NCBI GenBank assembly: GCA_015522685.1
Contig: WALU01000049.1
Span: 22,441 to 86,440 of the forward strand
Direction of reading: 5' to 3'
DNA from: Thermoproteota archaeon
GTDB taxonomy: Archaea; Korarchaeota; Korarchaeia; Korarchaeales; Korarchaeaceae
Length of the DNA stretch: 64,000 bases
Under the pieces are notes generated by a model. That model ran no database searches. It was not told the origin of the DNA and was given only the letters and a program-made list of their open reading frames with translations. Numbering within the stretch: position 1 is the first letter of the stretch; each line of letters starts with the position of its first letter. Of the stretch, positions 50,325 through 59,723 are shown piece by piece. The position numbers were made by a program, and so were the translations under genes.

Positions 50325-51629
50325 TCAATGCTCGTATGCTAGACCCTCCTCAAATGTATACTTAACCGTTCTAAAGTTCTTTCTAAGATCTCTAACCTCC
50401 TTCGCAATCTTGCTTGGATCTTCCTTATCTAGTAGGACTTTTCTGTACAGCTTGGCTATAAGTTTCATCTCATCTCCTCCCATTCCAAGCCTAGTTATCT
50501 CAGCTACACCCAACCTCAGTCCACCTGGATCCTTGAAGGTCCTTCCTCTCTTTATATCCCATGGTAGAAGATTTCTGTTCACAATAATGTTAGCCTGCTC
50601 AAGCAGTTTTTCGCACTTATACCCTCCACCTACCTCGTCAACATCGAGTAGAACCTGATGACTCTTGGTGAAACCCAAGTGCTCTGCCACTACTTTGAAT
50701 CCTTCGTCATGCAGGGCATAAGCCAAGGCTTTAGCATTACTTACCACGGCTTTAGCATAGTTCTTGCCAAAGTTAAGAATTTCGCAGGCCGCTATAGCTA
50801 GAGCGGCTACTGCATGCAGGTGATGGTTGCTGAGGAGCCCTGGAAAATTAGCTCTCTTTATCAGATCAAATTTCTCCTCATTGTTTGTTATAACTGCTCC
50901 ATGTTGCGGGCCAAAGAATGTCTTATGCGTGCTAAAGGTCATGGTATCTGCTCCTTCATCTATAGGATGCTGAAATTGTCCTCCCGCTATGAGGCCAGCC
51001 ACATGAGCTGCATCATAATTCACTAAGGCTCCCATAGACCCGGCCACCTCTACTATCTCCTTAACGGGCTGCGGGAAGAGGATTACGCTACCACCGAGCA
51101 TCATTAACTTAGGATTATACTTCTCTATCCTCTTGATAGTCTTGTCTACATCTATGTTCATGTTCTCATCATCGAACGCTATATACCTGACATTTAGCCC
51201 TCTCACTGCCCCGGCAGTGCCTCCAATGAATTGGCCCTTAGATCCTGTAAGGGGTCCCATACTTATGTGCCCTCCTTTAGTTATTGGGAGGGCCATCACT
51301 ACATCTCCCGGCTGAGTTAAAGCTGTATAGATGGATAGATTAGCTACTACGCCACTGATTGGCCTAACATCAGCAAATCTAATGTGATATATCTCCTTTA
51401 TGAGATCCATTGCTAGAGATTCGACCTTATCTATATATTTTGTCCCAGCATAGACTCTCTCGCCTACCCATCCTTCTGCATATCTATGACCGAAATCGCT
51501 TGCTATAGCTCTTCTAACAGCCGGGCTGGAGACATTCTCACTAGCTATCATGGGAAGAGAGGAATCAAACCACTTGCGATGCTCCTCTATCGAGGAGAGG
51601 ACCTCCTTATAAGCGCTTCGAGGATCCAA
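50325..51629 (-). CDS. glyA: Serine hydroxymethyltransferase (archaeal type)
   Basis: MIASEN, RYAEG, GGHISM, DAAH, STHKTFFGPQ. Confidence 0.97.
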   Translation of the reverse strand: MDPRSAYKEVLSSIEEHRKWFDSSLPMIASENVSSPAVRRAIASDFGHRYAEGWVGERVYAGTKYIDKVESLAMDLIKEIYHIRFADVRPISGVVANLSIYTALTQPGDVVMALPITKGGHISMGPLTGSKGQFIGGTAGAVRGLNVRYIAFDDENMNIDVDKTIKRIEKYNPKLMMLGGSVILFPQPVKEIVEVAGSMGALVNYDAAHVAGLIAGGQFQHPIDEGADTMTFSTHKTFFGPQHGAVITNNEEKFDLIKRANFPGLLSNHHLHAVAALAIAACEILNFGKNYAKAVVSNAKALAYALHDEGFKVVAEHLGFTKSHQVLLDVDEVGGGYKCEKLLEQANIIVNRNLLPWDIKRGRTFKDPGGLRLGVAEITRLGMGGDEMKLIAKLYRKVLLDKEDPSKIAKEVRDLRKNFRTVKYTFEEGLAYEH

Positions 51630-51690
51630 AATATCACACCCAATATGGGATGAGGGAAGAAGTTATAACTGTAAGCGAACTTAAAGTAGA

Positions 51691-52878
51691 ATGCTTGAGG
51701 AATATGTGCTTAGGTGCATCCAGTGTGGTCATGAGCTTAAAGCCGATCCTTGGGTGCTGTCCTGCCCTAAATGTGGAGGCCTTTTATCCTCTGAGATTAA
51801 GGAGAAGCCCCTAGCCATCTCATGGTCTCTTTTTAGAACTAGAAGATTTGGTGTCTGGAGATATAAGGAACTCCTGCCTCGGATAAAGGAACCGGTTACG
51901 TTAGGAGAGGGTGGAACTCCCCTAGTGAAGATAGGTAAGAAGATATGGGTTAAATTTGAGGGAGCTAATCCAACTGGGAGTTTTAAAGATAGGGGAATGA
52001 CTGTAGCTGTATCTTTAGCTAAGGAAAGCGGTGTTAAAAATGTTATATGCGCATCCACTGGAAACACAGCTGCTTCTATGGCTGCCTATGCATCAAGAGC
52101 TGGGATGAGAAGTTTTGTTGTGCTTCCTAAGGGAAAAGTGGCGAGAGGAAAACTTGCACAGACTGCTCTCCACGGTGCCATAGTAATAGAGATAGAAGGA
52201 CCGTTTGATCTGGCTTTAGATGTTGTAAGGGAAATAGCTGGTCCTGATACTGGGCTCTATCCACTAAACTCTCTCAATCCTTGGAGGATTGAGGGACAGA
52301 AGACCTTAGCATATGAAGTAGTAGATGAGATAGGAGTACCTGACTGGATTATTTTACCTATAGGAAACGCTGGTAACATATCGGCTATATGGAAAGGCTT
52401 TTTGGAGATGAGAAAGTTCGGGCTGATAAGAAGAATGCCAAAGCTTGCCGGTGTACAAGCAGAGGGAGCAGCCCCCATAGCGAGGGCATTTAAGGAGGGA
52501 AGGAAGGAGCCCCTATTCACTGACAATCCCAAAACAATTGCAACGGCTATAAGGATAGGAAGACCAGTTAACTGGGCTAAGGCATTCAAAGCGTTGAGAG
52601 AGAGCCAAGGAGTCGCTGAGATTGTAAGCGATCAAGAGATAATAGATGCTCAGAGGAAGTTAGGAAGGATGGGTCTAGGCGTAGAACCTGCTTCTGCTTC
52701 ATCCTATGCTGGCTACCTCAAATTGCTGAAAGGAGATGTGATGGGAGAAGAAGATCGCATAGTAATGATTGCTACTGGCCATGCCTTAAAAGACCCAGAC
52801 TCCTCACCTCCAGTGGAATCTATAAGAGCCTTAAATAAAGAAGAGGCAATTAATAAGATAAAGGAGTTGATCTCATGA
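51691..52878 (+). CDS. thrC: Threonine synthase
   Basis: NPTGSFKDRG, CASTGNT, PIGNAGN, TGHALKD. Confidence 0.96.
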   Translation: MLEEYVLRCIQCGHELKADPWVLSCPKCGGLLSSEIKEKPLAISWSLFRTRRFGVWRYKELLPRIKEPVTLGEGGTPLVKIGKKIWVKFEGANPTGSFKDRGMTVAVSLAKESGVKNVICASTGNTAASMAAYASRAGMRSFVVLPKGKVARGKLAQTALHGAIVIEIEGPFDLALDVVREIAGPDTGLYPLNSLNPWRIEGQKTLAYEVVDEIGVPDWIILPIGNAGNISAIWKGFLEMRKFGLIRRMPKLAGVQAEGAAPIARAFKEGRKEPLFTDNPKTIATAIRIGRPVNWAKAFKALRESQGVAEIVSDQEIIDAQRKLGRMGLGVEPASASSYAGYLKLLKGDVMGEEDRIVMIATGHALKDPDSSPPVESIRALNKEEAINKIKELIS

Positions 52879-53774
52879 GGGTTAGGGCTTGGAGCACAAG
52901 CGCTAACCTAGGTCCAGGCTTCGATATAGTGGGAATAGCCCTCAGGGCCTTTAAAGATTCGGTAGAGGTTGAGCTGGAAGAAGGAGGCCCAAATGCTCTT
53001 GTCACAGAAGTTAAAGGTCCTTACTCATCCTTAGTACCGAGGGGAAGGGATAATGCTGCTGCCTTCGCAGCCAGAGCAGCATTGGAGATCGCTGAGCAAA
53101 AGCTAACTGCCAAGATAAGGTTATGGAAGGGAGTTCCTCCGAGGAGGGGATTGGGGAGCAGCGGCGCCTCCTCGGCTGCTGTCGTTAAGGCAATAAATAT
53201 AATGCTAGGAAACCCATTAGATGAGAATAAGTTGATAAAAGCTGCAGCTGAAGGAGAAAGAGCTACATCTGGGCATCCTCATCTAGATAATGTGGCTCCT
53301 TCTCTTCTAGGTGGGCTTGTCATAATAGGAGAAGAGATTGTAAAGATAGAACCTTCAGTTAGGTTTGTGCTTGCAATTCCTTGGATAAATACTCCAGATA
53401 GAAAAACAGAATTCATGAGATCCATACTCCCTAGAAAGATTGAGATGAGCAAGTTAGTGAAGAATTCAGCTAGCCTTGCACTGCTGACTTTAGGGATGGC
53501 GACCGGTGATTTAGAGATAGTCGGCAAGGGAATGTCCTTCTCAATCATAGATGAGTTGAGATCTAGGATGATCCCCGGATTCAACAAGATTAAAGAAGCA
53601 GCAATGAGAGCTGGTGCCCTGGGGTTATCTATAAGCGGGGCTGGGCCTAGCCTTCTCTTCCTTTGTGATAAGTGCGAGCCTGTTCTAATGGCAGTTAAAA
53701 GAGCTTATATTTCGGTAAATATACCAGCTAGTATAATGGTTGTAGAGCCAGCTGAAGGATCTGCGAAAGAATGA
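52875..53774 (+). CDS. thrB: Homoserine kinase
   Basis: TSANLGPGFD, GLGSSGAS, HLDNVAP, ISGAGPS. Confidence 0.96.
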   Translation: MRVRAWSTSANLGPGFDIVGIALRAFKDSVEVELEEGGPNALVTEVKGPYSSLVPRGRDNAAAFAARAALEIAEQKLTAKIRLWKGVPPRRGLGSSGASSAAVVKAINIMLGNPLDENKLIKAAAEGERATSGHPHLDNVAPSLLGGLVIIGEEIVKIEPSVRFVLAIPWINTPDRKTEFMRSILPRKIEMSKLVKNSASLALLTLGMATGDLEIVGKGMSFSIIDELRSRMIPGFNKIKEAAMRAGALGLSISGAGPSLLFLCDKCEPVLMAVKRAYISVNIPASIMVVEPAEGSAKE

Positions 53775-53786
53775 AGGGTGTAAGTA

Positions 53787-54500
53787 ATGGAGGAATTTGT
53801 AGGCCTAGCTCTCCTGCTCGTTGATCTAATGCTCCTTATAGCAACCATAATTCTCCTGTATTTCAGCAGACATGAAGCGGAAGGTAGAAGAAAGTTGGTT
53901 GAGCATCTTATAGAAGCGACGAGGGTTCTTACTAGGACTCAATACTTTCACTTCGTAATAGATGCTATGAGGAGTGCGAAGAGGGAAATTTTCGGCTCTA
54001 TTACCGGAGCTAAGCCAGGAGAATCATTGGAGTTCTTCGAGAAGATCGTCGATGAGATACAGCATGCCACATCAAAGGGCGTGAGAATAAGATACCTGGT
54101 TCCTGAAGGAAGGGGATGCCTTTACGTTGGATATAGATATACTAAAGCGGGAGCTGAAGTAAGATATCATAGTGGTCTAGTTGTGTATGATCTGAGGCAT
54201 ATGGTTGTAGATGATAGGGTAGTAGCGATGGGATTCCCTGAGAGAGTGGGTGCTGAGCAGCCCACTAGAACGGGAATAAAGATAGAGTCAGAAAGCCTAG
54301 CTAAGATATTTAAGGAGAGATTTGAGAAGCTTTGGAGAGAAGCAGTACCTTATGAGAAATACTTGAGCCAAGTTATTTCAGATATAGAGAGAGCTAACCC
54401 GAAGATATCGCCTAATCTTGTAGCTAAGCAGTTAGATCTTCCTATTGATGAAATAGATAGAGTATGGACTAATATGAATAAGAGTATTGACCAAGGATAA
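53787..54500 (+). CDS. Membrane-anchored protein with PLD-like/TrmB effector-type domain
   Basis: N-terminal TM helix, SAKREI...KGVRIRYL...RHMVVDD...FEKLWREA, possible C-terminal HTH. Confidence 0.6.
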   Translation: MEEFVGLALLLVDLMLLIATIILLYFSRHEAEGRRKLVEHLIEATRVLTRTQYFHFVIDAMRSAKREIFGSITGAKPGESLEFFEKIVDEIQHATSKGVRIRYLVPEGRGCLYVGYRYTKAGAEVRYHSGLVVYDLRHMVVDDRVVAMGFPERVGAEQPTRTGIKIESESLAKIFKERFEKLWREAVPYEKYLSQVISDIERANPKISPNLVAKQLDLPIDEIDRVWTNMNKSIDQG

Positions 54501-54527
54501 TAGAATCAATTCAATTTGATTTGATTT

Positions 54528-55835
54528 TTACTTGCTATTGAATATAATATTACTTTTGTTTTTATCTTTCTTGGAAATCGTCCGCTCACTTTCACCTTTC
54601 TCTTTTATCGATAGGGCAAAGAGGAAGTCATATAAGGAATAGAGAAGAGCAAATGCAGAGGCAGGGTATTCTAAGTATATATCGAGGAGGTCGCCTCCTG
54701 CTAATGAGGAGATGGCCCTTGGTCCAACAAGGGAAAGGTTATAAAGGGAGTTCGCAGTTCCTCTATCCTCTACTGGCGTGTTTTCCATAAATAATGTCCA
54801 TATAAGAGGAGCTGGTGCATAAGATCCCATGGCCTGGAGAACTAATATAATAGATGCTATTAGGAAATTATTCACGAAGGGAAGAAGTGCCATTAACGCT
54901 GCGGTCATTCCTTGAGAAATAACGATAAATCTCACCGTTCCTATAACCTTTGAGAGGGAGGGGGCTATTAGATAGCTAAATGATGATACCAAGTAAATTA
55001 AGGTGAGGACCGTTCCGACAGGACCTGATTCGACTCCATACTTCTTTCCTAAGTAGTAACTTGTCAGGGGATAGAAGAAGCCCATTGCAAGACTTGATAT
55101 AGACAAGAGAATGATCAGGTTTCTCGCTACTGAGTTCTTAAATGACCTAGTTACTTCGCTCCATCCCACATGACTGATGCTGGACGCTCTATTTTTCTCC
55201 TTTATTAGCAGGAGTAGGGGAATCGCAGATAGAGTAGCTAAGAGAGAGAGAGCTATCATGAACCTATAAGCTTGAGGATAACTTATTCTAGAAGATGCCA
55301 CCATGAGTTCTGGTATCCACCCCATTAAGCTGCCGGTAGAAAAGCTGATGCTGTATAGAAACATTTGGAGGCTGGACGCTTCCTTCAGTTTGCTCTCCGC
55401 AAGATCTGCCAGCCATGACTGGAATGCTGGAAGTGCCAGAGATGAAAATCCCCCTAAAACTCCACTTAGAATTATAGATATTACATTCAGCCCCCAGAAC
55501 ACTACTATTCCTATTGATAGAGCAGATAGAGTGTATCCAAGGAGGACAGGCCTCTTCCTCCCCACCTTATCTGTCATTACTCCAGCTGGCAGGAAGACCA
55601 AGGTCATTATAATACCTTCTAGGAAACTGTAGAGCCCTAGATAACTACTATTAATACCTTTTGTCTCAAAGTAAAGTCCCCAAACTGAGTAAAAGAGGCC
55701 ACCAGATAGACCTGTAGGTATACTTGTGATCAGCAATAGTTTCAAGTCCTTCTCTAGGTTCCCTAATCCATTAATCATTTTGGATAATAAGTAGAATCCT
55801 GTATATATTAAATAATTTCCCTTCTTCTTTATCAA
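54528..55835 (-). CDS. MFS transporter
   Basis: GVMTDKVGRK motif A, about 12 TM helices. True start is probably ATG 55778. Confidence 0.9.
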   Translation of the reverse strand: MIKKKGNYLIYTGFYLLSKMINGLGNLEKDLKLLLITSIPTGLSGGLFYSVWGLYFETKGINSSYLGLYSFLEGIIMTLVFLPAGVMTDKVGRKRPVLLGYTLSALSIGIVVFWGLNVISIILSGVLGGFSSLALPAFQSWLADLAESKLKEASSLQMFLYSISFSTGSLMGWIPELMVASSRISYPQAYRFMIALSLLATLSAIPLLLLIKEKNRASSISHVGWSEVTRSFKNSVARNLIILLSISSLAMGFFYPLTSYYLGKKYGVESGPVGTVLTLIYLVSSFSYLIAPSLSKVIGTVRFIVISQGMTAALMALLPFVNNFLIASIILVLQAMGSYAPAPLIWTLFMENTPVEDRGTANSLYNLSLVGPRAISSLAGGDLLDIYLEYPASAFALLYSLYDFLFALSIKEKGESERTISKKDKNKSNIIFNSK

Positions 55836-55983
55836 TTTATCATATAAATTGAAAAAAATAAAGTTTTCATATACAAAATTCCAATACCTATTATTATAGG
55901 TAGTATTCTTATCTGAAAAATCGGGAGGAATGGAGAGTAATATCCCACATAAAAGATTATATCACTAGCATCTCTTTTAATTC

Positions 55984-56059
55984 GGGCCGGTGGTCTAGAG
56001 GCTATGACGCCGCCCTCACACGGCGGAGACCGGGGGTTCGATTCCCCCCCGGCCCACCA
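55984..56059 (+). tRNA. tRNA-Val(CAC), CCA encoded
   Basis: GGGCCGG acceptor stem, anticodon arm CCGCC-CTCACAC-GGCGG, TTCGATT T-loop, ends ACCA. Confidence 0.97.
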
Positions 56060-56088
56060 TGGTGAAATGATTGGAGAGGGAAGGAAAG

Positions 56089-56370
56089 ATGGCCCGATAT
56101 TCTATATCTAGATTAGCTGGGAAACCCATAATAACTGATAAAGGCCTTATGCTGGGGGAGGTTACTGATTTGGTGGTCGATGAGATAACCGGAAAGATGA
56201 TTTCTTTGGTTATTAGAAGTAGTAGGGGTGCTGCTGATGCTCTACTCCAAAAATTAAAGAGAGATAGGAAAGGAAATGTCCTAATTCCTTATTCTACAGT
56301 TAAATATATAAGAGAAATGATTGTAGTAGATGAAAGGCTTCTTAAAGTATATATCGCAACTAAGGGATGA
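56089..56370 (+). CDS. PRC-barrel domain protein (CdpB-like)
   Basis: LAGKPIITDKGLMLGEVTDLVVDEITGK...LIPYSTVKYI. Confidence 0.85.
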   Translation: MARYSISRLAGKPIITDKGLMLGEVTDLVVDEITGKMISLVIRSSRGAADALLQKLKRDRKGNVLIPYSTVKYIREMIVVDERLLKVYIATKG

Positions 56371-56640
56371 TCAGGCCTTTTTTCTTGACTCTCTTTCCAA
56401 ATAATCGGCTATATCCTCAGACAATCCTGACAGGAGTAATTTTACTTTAATGATAGCGGGTGCTTCTTCCTCTGCAACACTTCTCATATATTTAGATCGA
56501 TCTGCTAGTCCAAGCATTTTATATGCCTCATCTAAATAATCCATAGCCTCATCTATATCTACTGTCTTACCTAATAAGAGATTTTCCCTTATCTTCCGTC
56601 TGAGTTCTTCATTTAATTCTAATATATAACTTAAGGACAT
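56371..56640 (-). CDS. Hypothetical protein
   Basis: Clean 89-aa helical ORF. Confidence 0.6.
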   Translation of the reverse strand: MSLSYILELNEELRRKIRENLLLGKTVDIDEAMDYLDEAYKMLGLADRSKYMRSVAEEEAPAIIKVKLLLSGLSEDIADYLERESRKKA

Positions 56641-56701
56641 CAGTTAATTAGTGGCGCATATTTTTACATGTATGCCTTCGCAATCAGCTGGTGAAAGTTT
56701 A

Positions 56702-57055
56702 ATGGTGGAAGTTACCCTCAAATCCATTAGGCAGGATCCAGCATTCGAGCTAGATGTACTAAGATTTTCCTCGGAGAACGACTCTCTTACATTAACGTTG
56801 GAGCTCCCAAAGGGATTCTTAATCCTTAAAAAAGGATCTAAAGCAGTCCTGATTATAGGAGAGGAGGGAGAAGGAGATCTAGTGATGAAAGGCCACGTCT
56901 ATAGAGCAGATACTAATTCAAGACAGGTAGAGATATCATTCCATGGACTTTGGCTTAGAATGACCTATAAGAGTTCCCTACCATTCAAATTAATGGAAGG
57001 ACAGGATGTATATCTCACAATGAGATTCATAAATGGTTTATCAATAAAAAATTAA
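56702..57055 (+). CDS. rpo8: RNA polymerase subunit Rpo8 (RpoG, RPB8 ortholog)
   Basis: OB-fold pattern with VMKGHVY and ISFHGLWLRM (compare RPB8 YVMxGxVY and SFGGLLMRL), ending VYLTM. Confidence 0.8.
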   Translation: MVEVTLKSIRQDPAFELDVLRFSSENDSLTLTLELPKGFLILKKGSKAVLIIGEEGEGDLVMKGHVYRADTNSRQVEISFHGLWLRMTYKSSLPFKLMEGQDVYLTMRFINGLSIKN

Positions 57056-57122
57056 TGTGATTATGAAATTTTTATTTTACTTTCATGCAAGAAATATTAA
57101 TATTTTTGAATAAGTATTTAGA

Positions 57123-57869
57123 GTGATGCATGAAAGGACGTGTCCTCTCTGTGGTTCTCCCTTAGTTAGGGAGAATGGTCTGCTTGTGTGTAGTAACTGC
57201 GGTTACATTGTGAGTGAAGAATTGCTACCAAGCAGATTTGATGGAGCTTATTATATCAAAGAAGATGAATTTAGATCAATAAATGATATAGTCTCCAGAC
57301 TAAATTTACCTAGCGAGGTTTCTAACATGGCTAAAGAAATAATATTGAATTATGAGGCCAGTACAGGCAAAAAAGTGACTCTATCTATGCTTATTGCCTC
57401 TGTGATAATCTCAGCCAGATTGTATGACATACCTATACCGATTAAAGAGGCCAGCAGGAAATATCCAAGAGTATCCCCTTCTCATCTAGCCTTAACCATC
57501 GGTGTGTTGGAAGATGAGCTCCCAAAGAAGGAAGGTGTACCGTGGGAAGGCTATATCAATTATCTCATTAGAAAACTGTCTCGGGATGAGAGAGTTATAG
57601 AGATCCTCAAACAATCTTCTGGAAAATTACCTCTGCAGATAATAATAGAGAGACTCAGGATAAACTCTATAAGAGAGATGAGAAGAGTAAAGAAGGATAG
57701 TAGATCTCGTATGGTAGGTAGAAACCCTATATACATCGCTGCTGCAATAGTTTACATAACTGGCAAGAAGATAGGTATAAGAGGGCTGTCTCAAGGCCTA
57801 ATGGCAGATGCCCTAGGTGCGAATAGATCTACCATCTCTAAAGCGTTAGTGGTGGTGAGAAGGGATTGA
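57123..57869 (+). CDS. Transcription initiation factor TFB paralog (short, divergent)
   Basis: Zn ribbon CPLCG...VCSNCG, two cyclin-like repeats, GRNPIYIAAAIVYI...SQ...A...STI. Confidence 0.8.
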   Translation: MMHERTCPLCGSPLVRENGLLVCSNCGYIVSEELLPSRFDGAYYIKEDEFRSINDIVSRLNLPSEVSNMAKEIILNYEASTGKKVTLSMLIASVIISARLYDIPIPIKEASRKYPRVSPSHLALTIGVLEDELPKKEGVPWEGYINYLIRKLSRDERVIEILKQSSGKLPLQIIIERLRINSIREMRRVKKDSRSRMVGRNPIYIAAAIVYITGKKIGIRGLSQGLMADALGANRSTISKALVVVRRD

Positions 57870-57883
57870 ATTATGAGGAGATT

Positions 57884-58018
57884 ATGTTTGAGATAGAGAC
57901 CATCTCCCATCAAATAGAGTTTCTCTTCTTTAAGCTTGATGATTTGATGAAGAGGATAAGCAACATTGAAAGTAGGCTGAATACCATTGAAAAGAGGATG
58001 GACCTTGAGATTAGGTAG
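57884..58018 (+). CDS. 44-aa coiled-coil microprotein
   Basis: MFEIETISHQIEFLFFKLDDLMKRISNIESRLNTIEKRMDLEIR*; GAGGAG RBS; regular heptad hydrophobics; fills the gap between the TFB paralog and the ATPase. Confidence 0.65.
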   Translation: MFEIETISHQIEFLFFKLDDLMKRISNIESRLNTIEKRMDLEIR

Positions 58019-59723
58019 AGAAAACGTTTCGATAATCCTCGCAATAATCCTACTAACTATTACTTATGTGTATAAGCGACTGAATTTAATTCTATCTATT
58101 GTAAGTAAATACCAGCTCATTCTAAGTGCTTCATTAGCTCTAGCACTGATTTCTTTAGCTGTACTCTTAAGTAGGAGAAAGATTTATGGCTCTACCCCAC
58201 TTCAAAACGCATTGACCGTGGAATCTAGAGGAAGAAGATATCTGATTCTTCCAACTGAATTAGAAGTCGAAGAACAGAGCGCGCAGTTAGATCTCAAAAA
58301 AGTAAAGGGTATCATAGAGAGTATGAATGTTGGAATGTCCCTCCTAGTAACACAGTGGTCAGGCAGAAGATTCTTCAATCAGATAGTAGGAGGAGGGATT
58401 AGTACTAAGCTGTTACTATGGTCTCCTCTAGGAGATCTCAATGAAGCGGAAAACTCTCTTAAGGCTACTCTTTCTGCTCTCAATAGTTCAATAGAGGGAA
58501 TTAGACTGAAGATTGATGAAAACTTCTCAATTGATCCGGAGGCGCTATCTGGGATATTAAATTTGAGCAAAGGATCAGAAAATCTTGAGGGTATAGCATT
58601 TGGAAGAGAAGAGAAAAAAGATCTGCCTATGCTGGAGATAGGTGAGCATAAAGGAAAGGTTATTGGCATCCCCTTGGCGGATATATCAAGGCATATCCTG
58701 ATCGTAGGTCAGACAGGTTCTGGTAAAACTACAACATCCAAGAGGATAGTATACGAAGCATGGAATTTAGGAATACCCTCTCTCGTCCTAGATATACATT
58801 GGGAGTATAAATCTCTGATTTTCCAGCTTGGAGGTAAGATCTTTACAACGAAGGGAGGATTACCTAACATATGCATAAATCCCCTTGCGGAAATTCACAA
58901 GAGCAGCGAGAAGGAGATATTTTTACTCTCTGAAACTCTATCTAATATCCTAGACTTGACCCCCTCTCAATTTTATTTCCTAATGAACGGTCTCAAAAGG
59001 ATTAGAGATCAGGCATTAGATGGTAGCGCTCCCTCAATGAAAGATCTGGTATCTGAGCTTAAGGAGATGAGGCTAGCTTCACAGGCAGAGGAAGAGAGTA
59101 GAGCTTCATTAGTCAGAAAGCTCGACCCAATTATCATGTCAGAAGGAGCTGATATATTCAATTATGATAACCTAAGTATCGAGGAGATAGGTGGCTCTCT
59201 CTCCCTCATTGACATAGGGGATATAAGAAGCGATATCTTAAAGCAGTTAGTGATATTCTTCATCTTAAGAAGGATAAAAGATAGATTTGTGAGAGAGGAA
59301 GGGAAAGCTCTCTATCCAAGGATGCTTATAGTTATAGAAGAGGCTGAAAAACTCATACCACATTATAGCGATGTTACTGGAATGAATATAATCGACAGAT
59401 TGTTCTCAGAGCTGAGGAAGTTTGGAGTTTCCTTGGTACTAATAACTCAAAGCCTAACAGATATCCCGGAGGGAGTAGTGAGAAATACTGGAACCAAAAT
59501 ATACCATAGAGTCGAATCACCCTCAGATTTGAGGGCCCTCAAATCTATTCTGGGAGAGAAGAAACTTCTGAACCTAGTAACATCCCTCTCGCAAGGAGAG
59601 TGCCTTGTTGTAACCTCAAGCTCAGTGTATAGGGCAATGGTTTCCTCTGTAGAGGAAAGATCAATAGATGCTAAGGCCATAGAGAGAATCTTGAGGTATA
59701 CTCCTTTCTATTGGCCATCTTGA
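57987..59723 (+). CDS. Membrane-anchored VirB4/HerA-family ATPase (CedB-like)
   Basis: Two N-terminal TM helices; RHILIVGQTGSGKTT, LDIHWEY, VIEEAE, SELRKFG, ITQS. Confidence 0.85.
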   Translation: MKRGWTLRLGRENVSIILAIILLTITYVYKRLNLILSIVSKYQLILSASLALALISLAVLLSRRKIYGSTPLQNALTVESRGRRYLILPTELEVEEQSAQLDLKKVKGIIESMNVGMSLLVTQWSGRRFFNQIVGGGISTKLLLWSPLGDLNEAENSLKATLSALNSSIEGIRLKIDENFSIDPEALSGILNLSKGSENLEGIAFGREEKKDLPMLEIGEHKGKVIGIPLADISRHILIVGQTGSGKTTTSKRIVYEAWNLGIPSLVLDIHWEYKSLIFQLGGKIFTTKGGLPNICINPLAEIHKSSEKEIFLLSETLSNILDLTPSQFYFLMNGLKRIRDQALDGSAPSMKDLVSELKEMRLASQAEEESRASLVRKLDPIIMSEGADIFNYDNLSIEEIGGSLSLIDIGDIRSDILKQLVIFFILRRIKDRFVREEGKALYPRMLIVIEEAEKLIPHYSDVTGMNIIDRLFSELRKFGVSLVLITQSLTDIPEGVVRNTGTKIYHRVESPSDLRALKSILGEKKLLNLVTSLSQGECLVVTSSSVYRAMVSSVEERSIDAKAIERILRYTPFYWPS

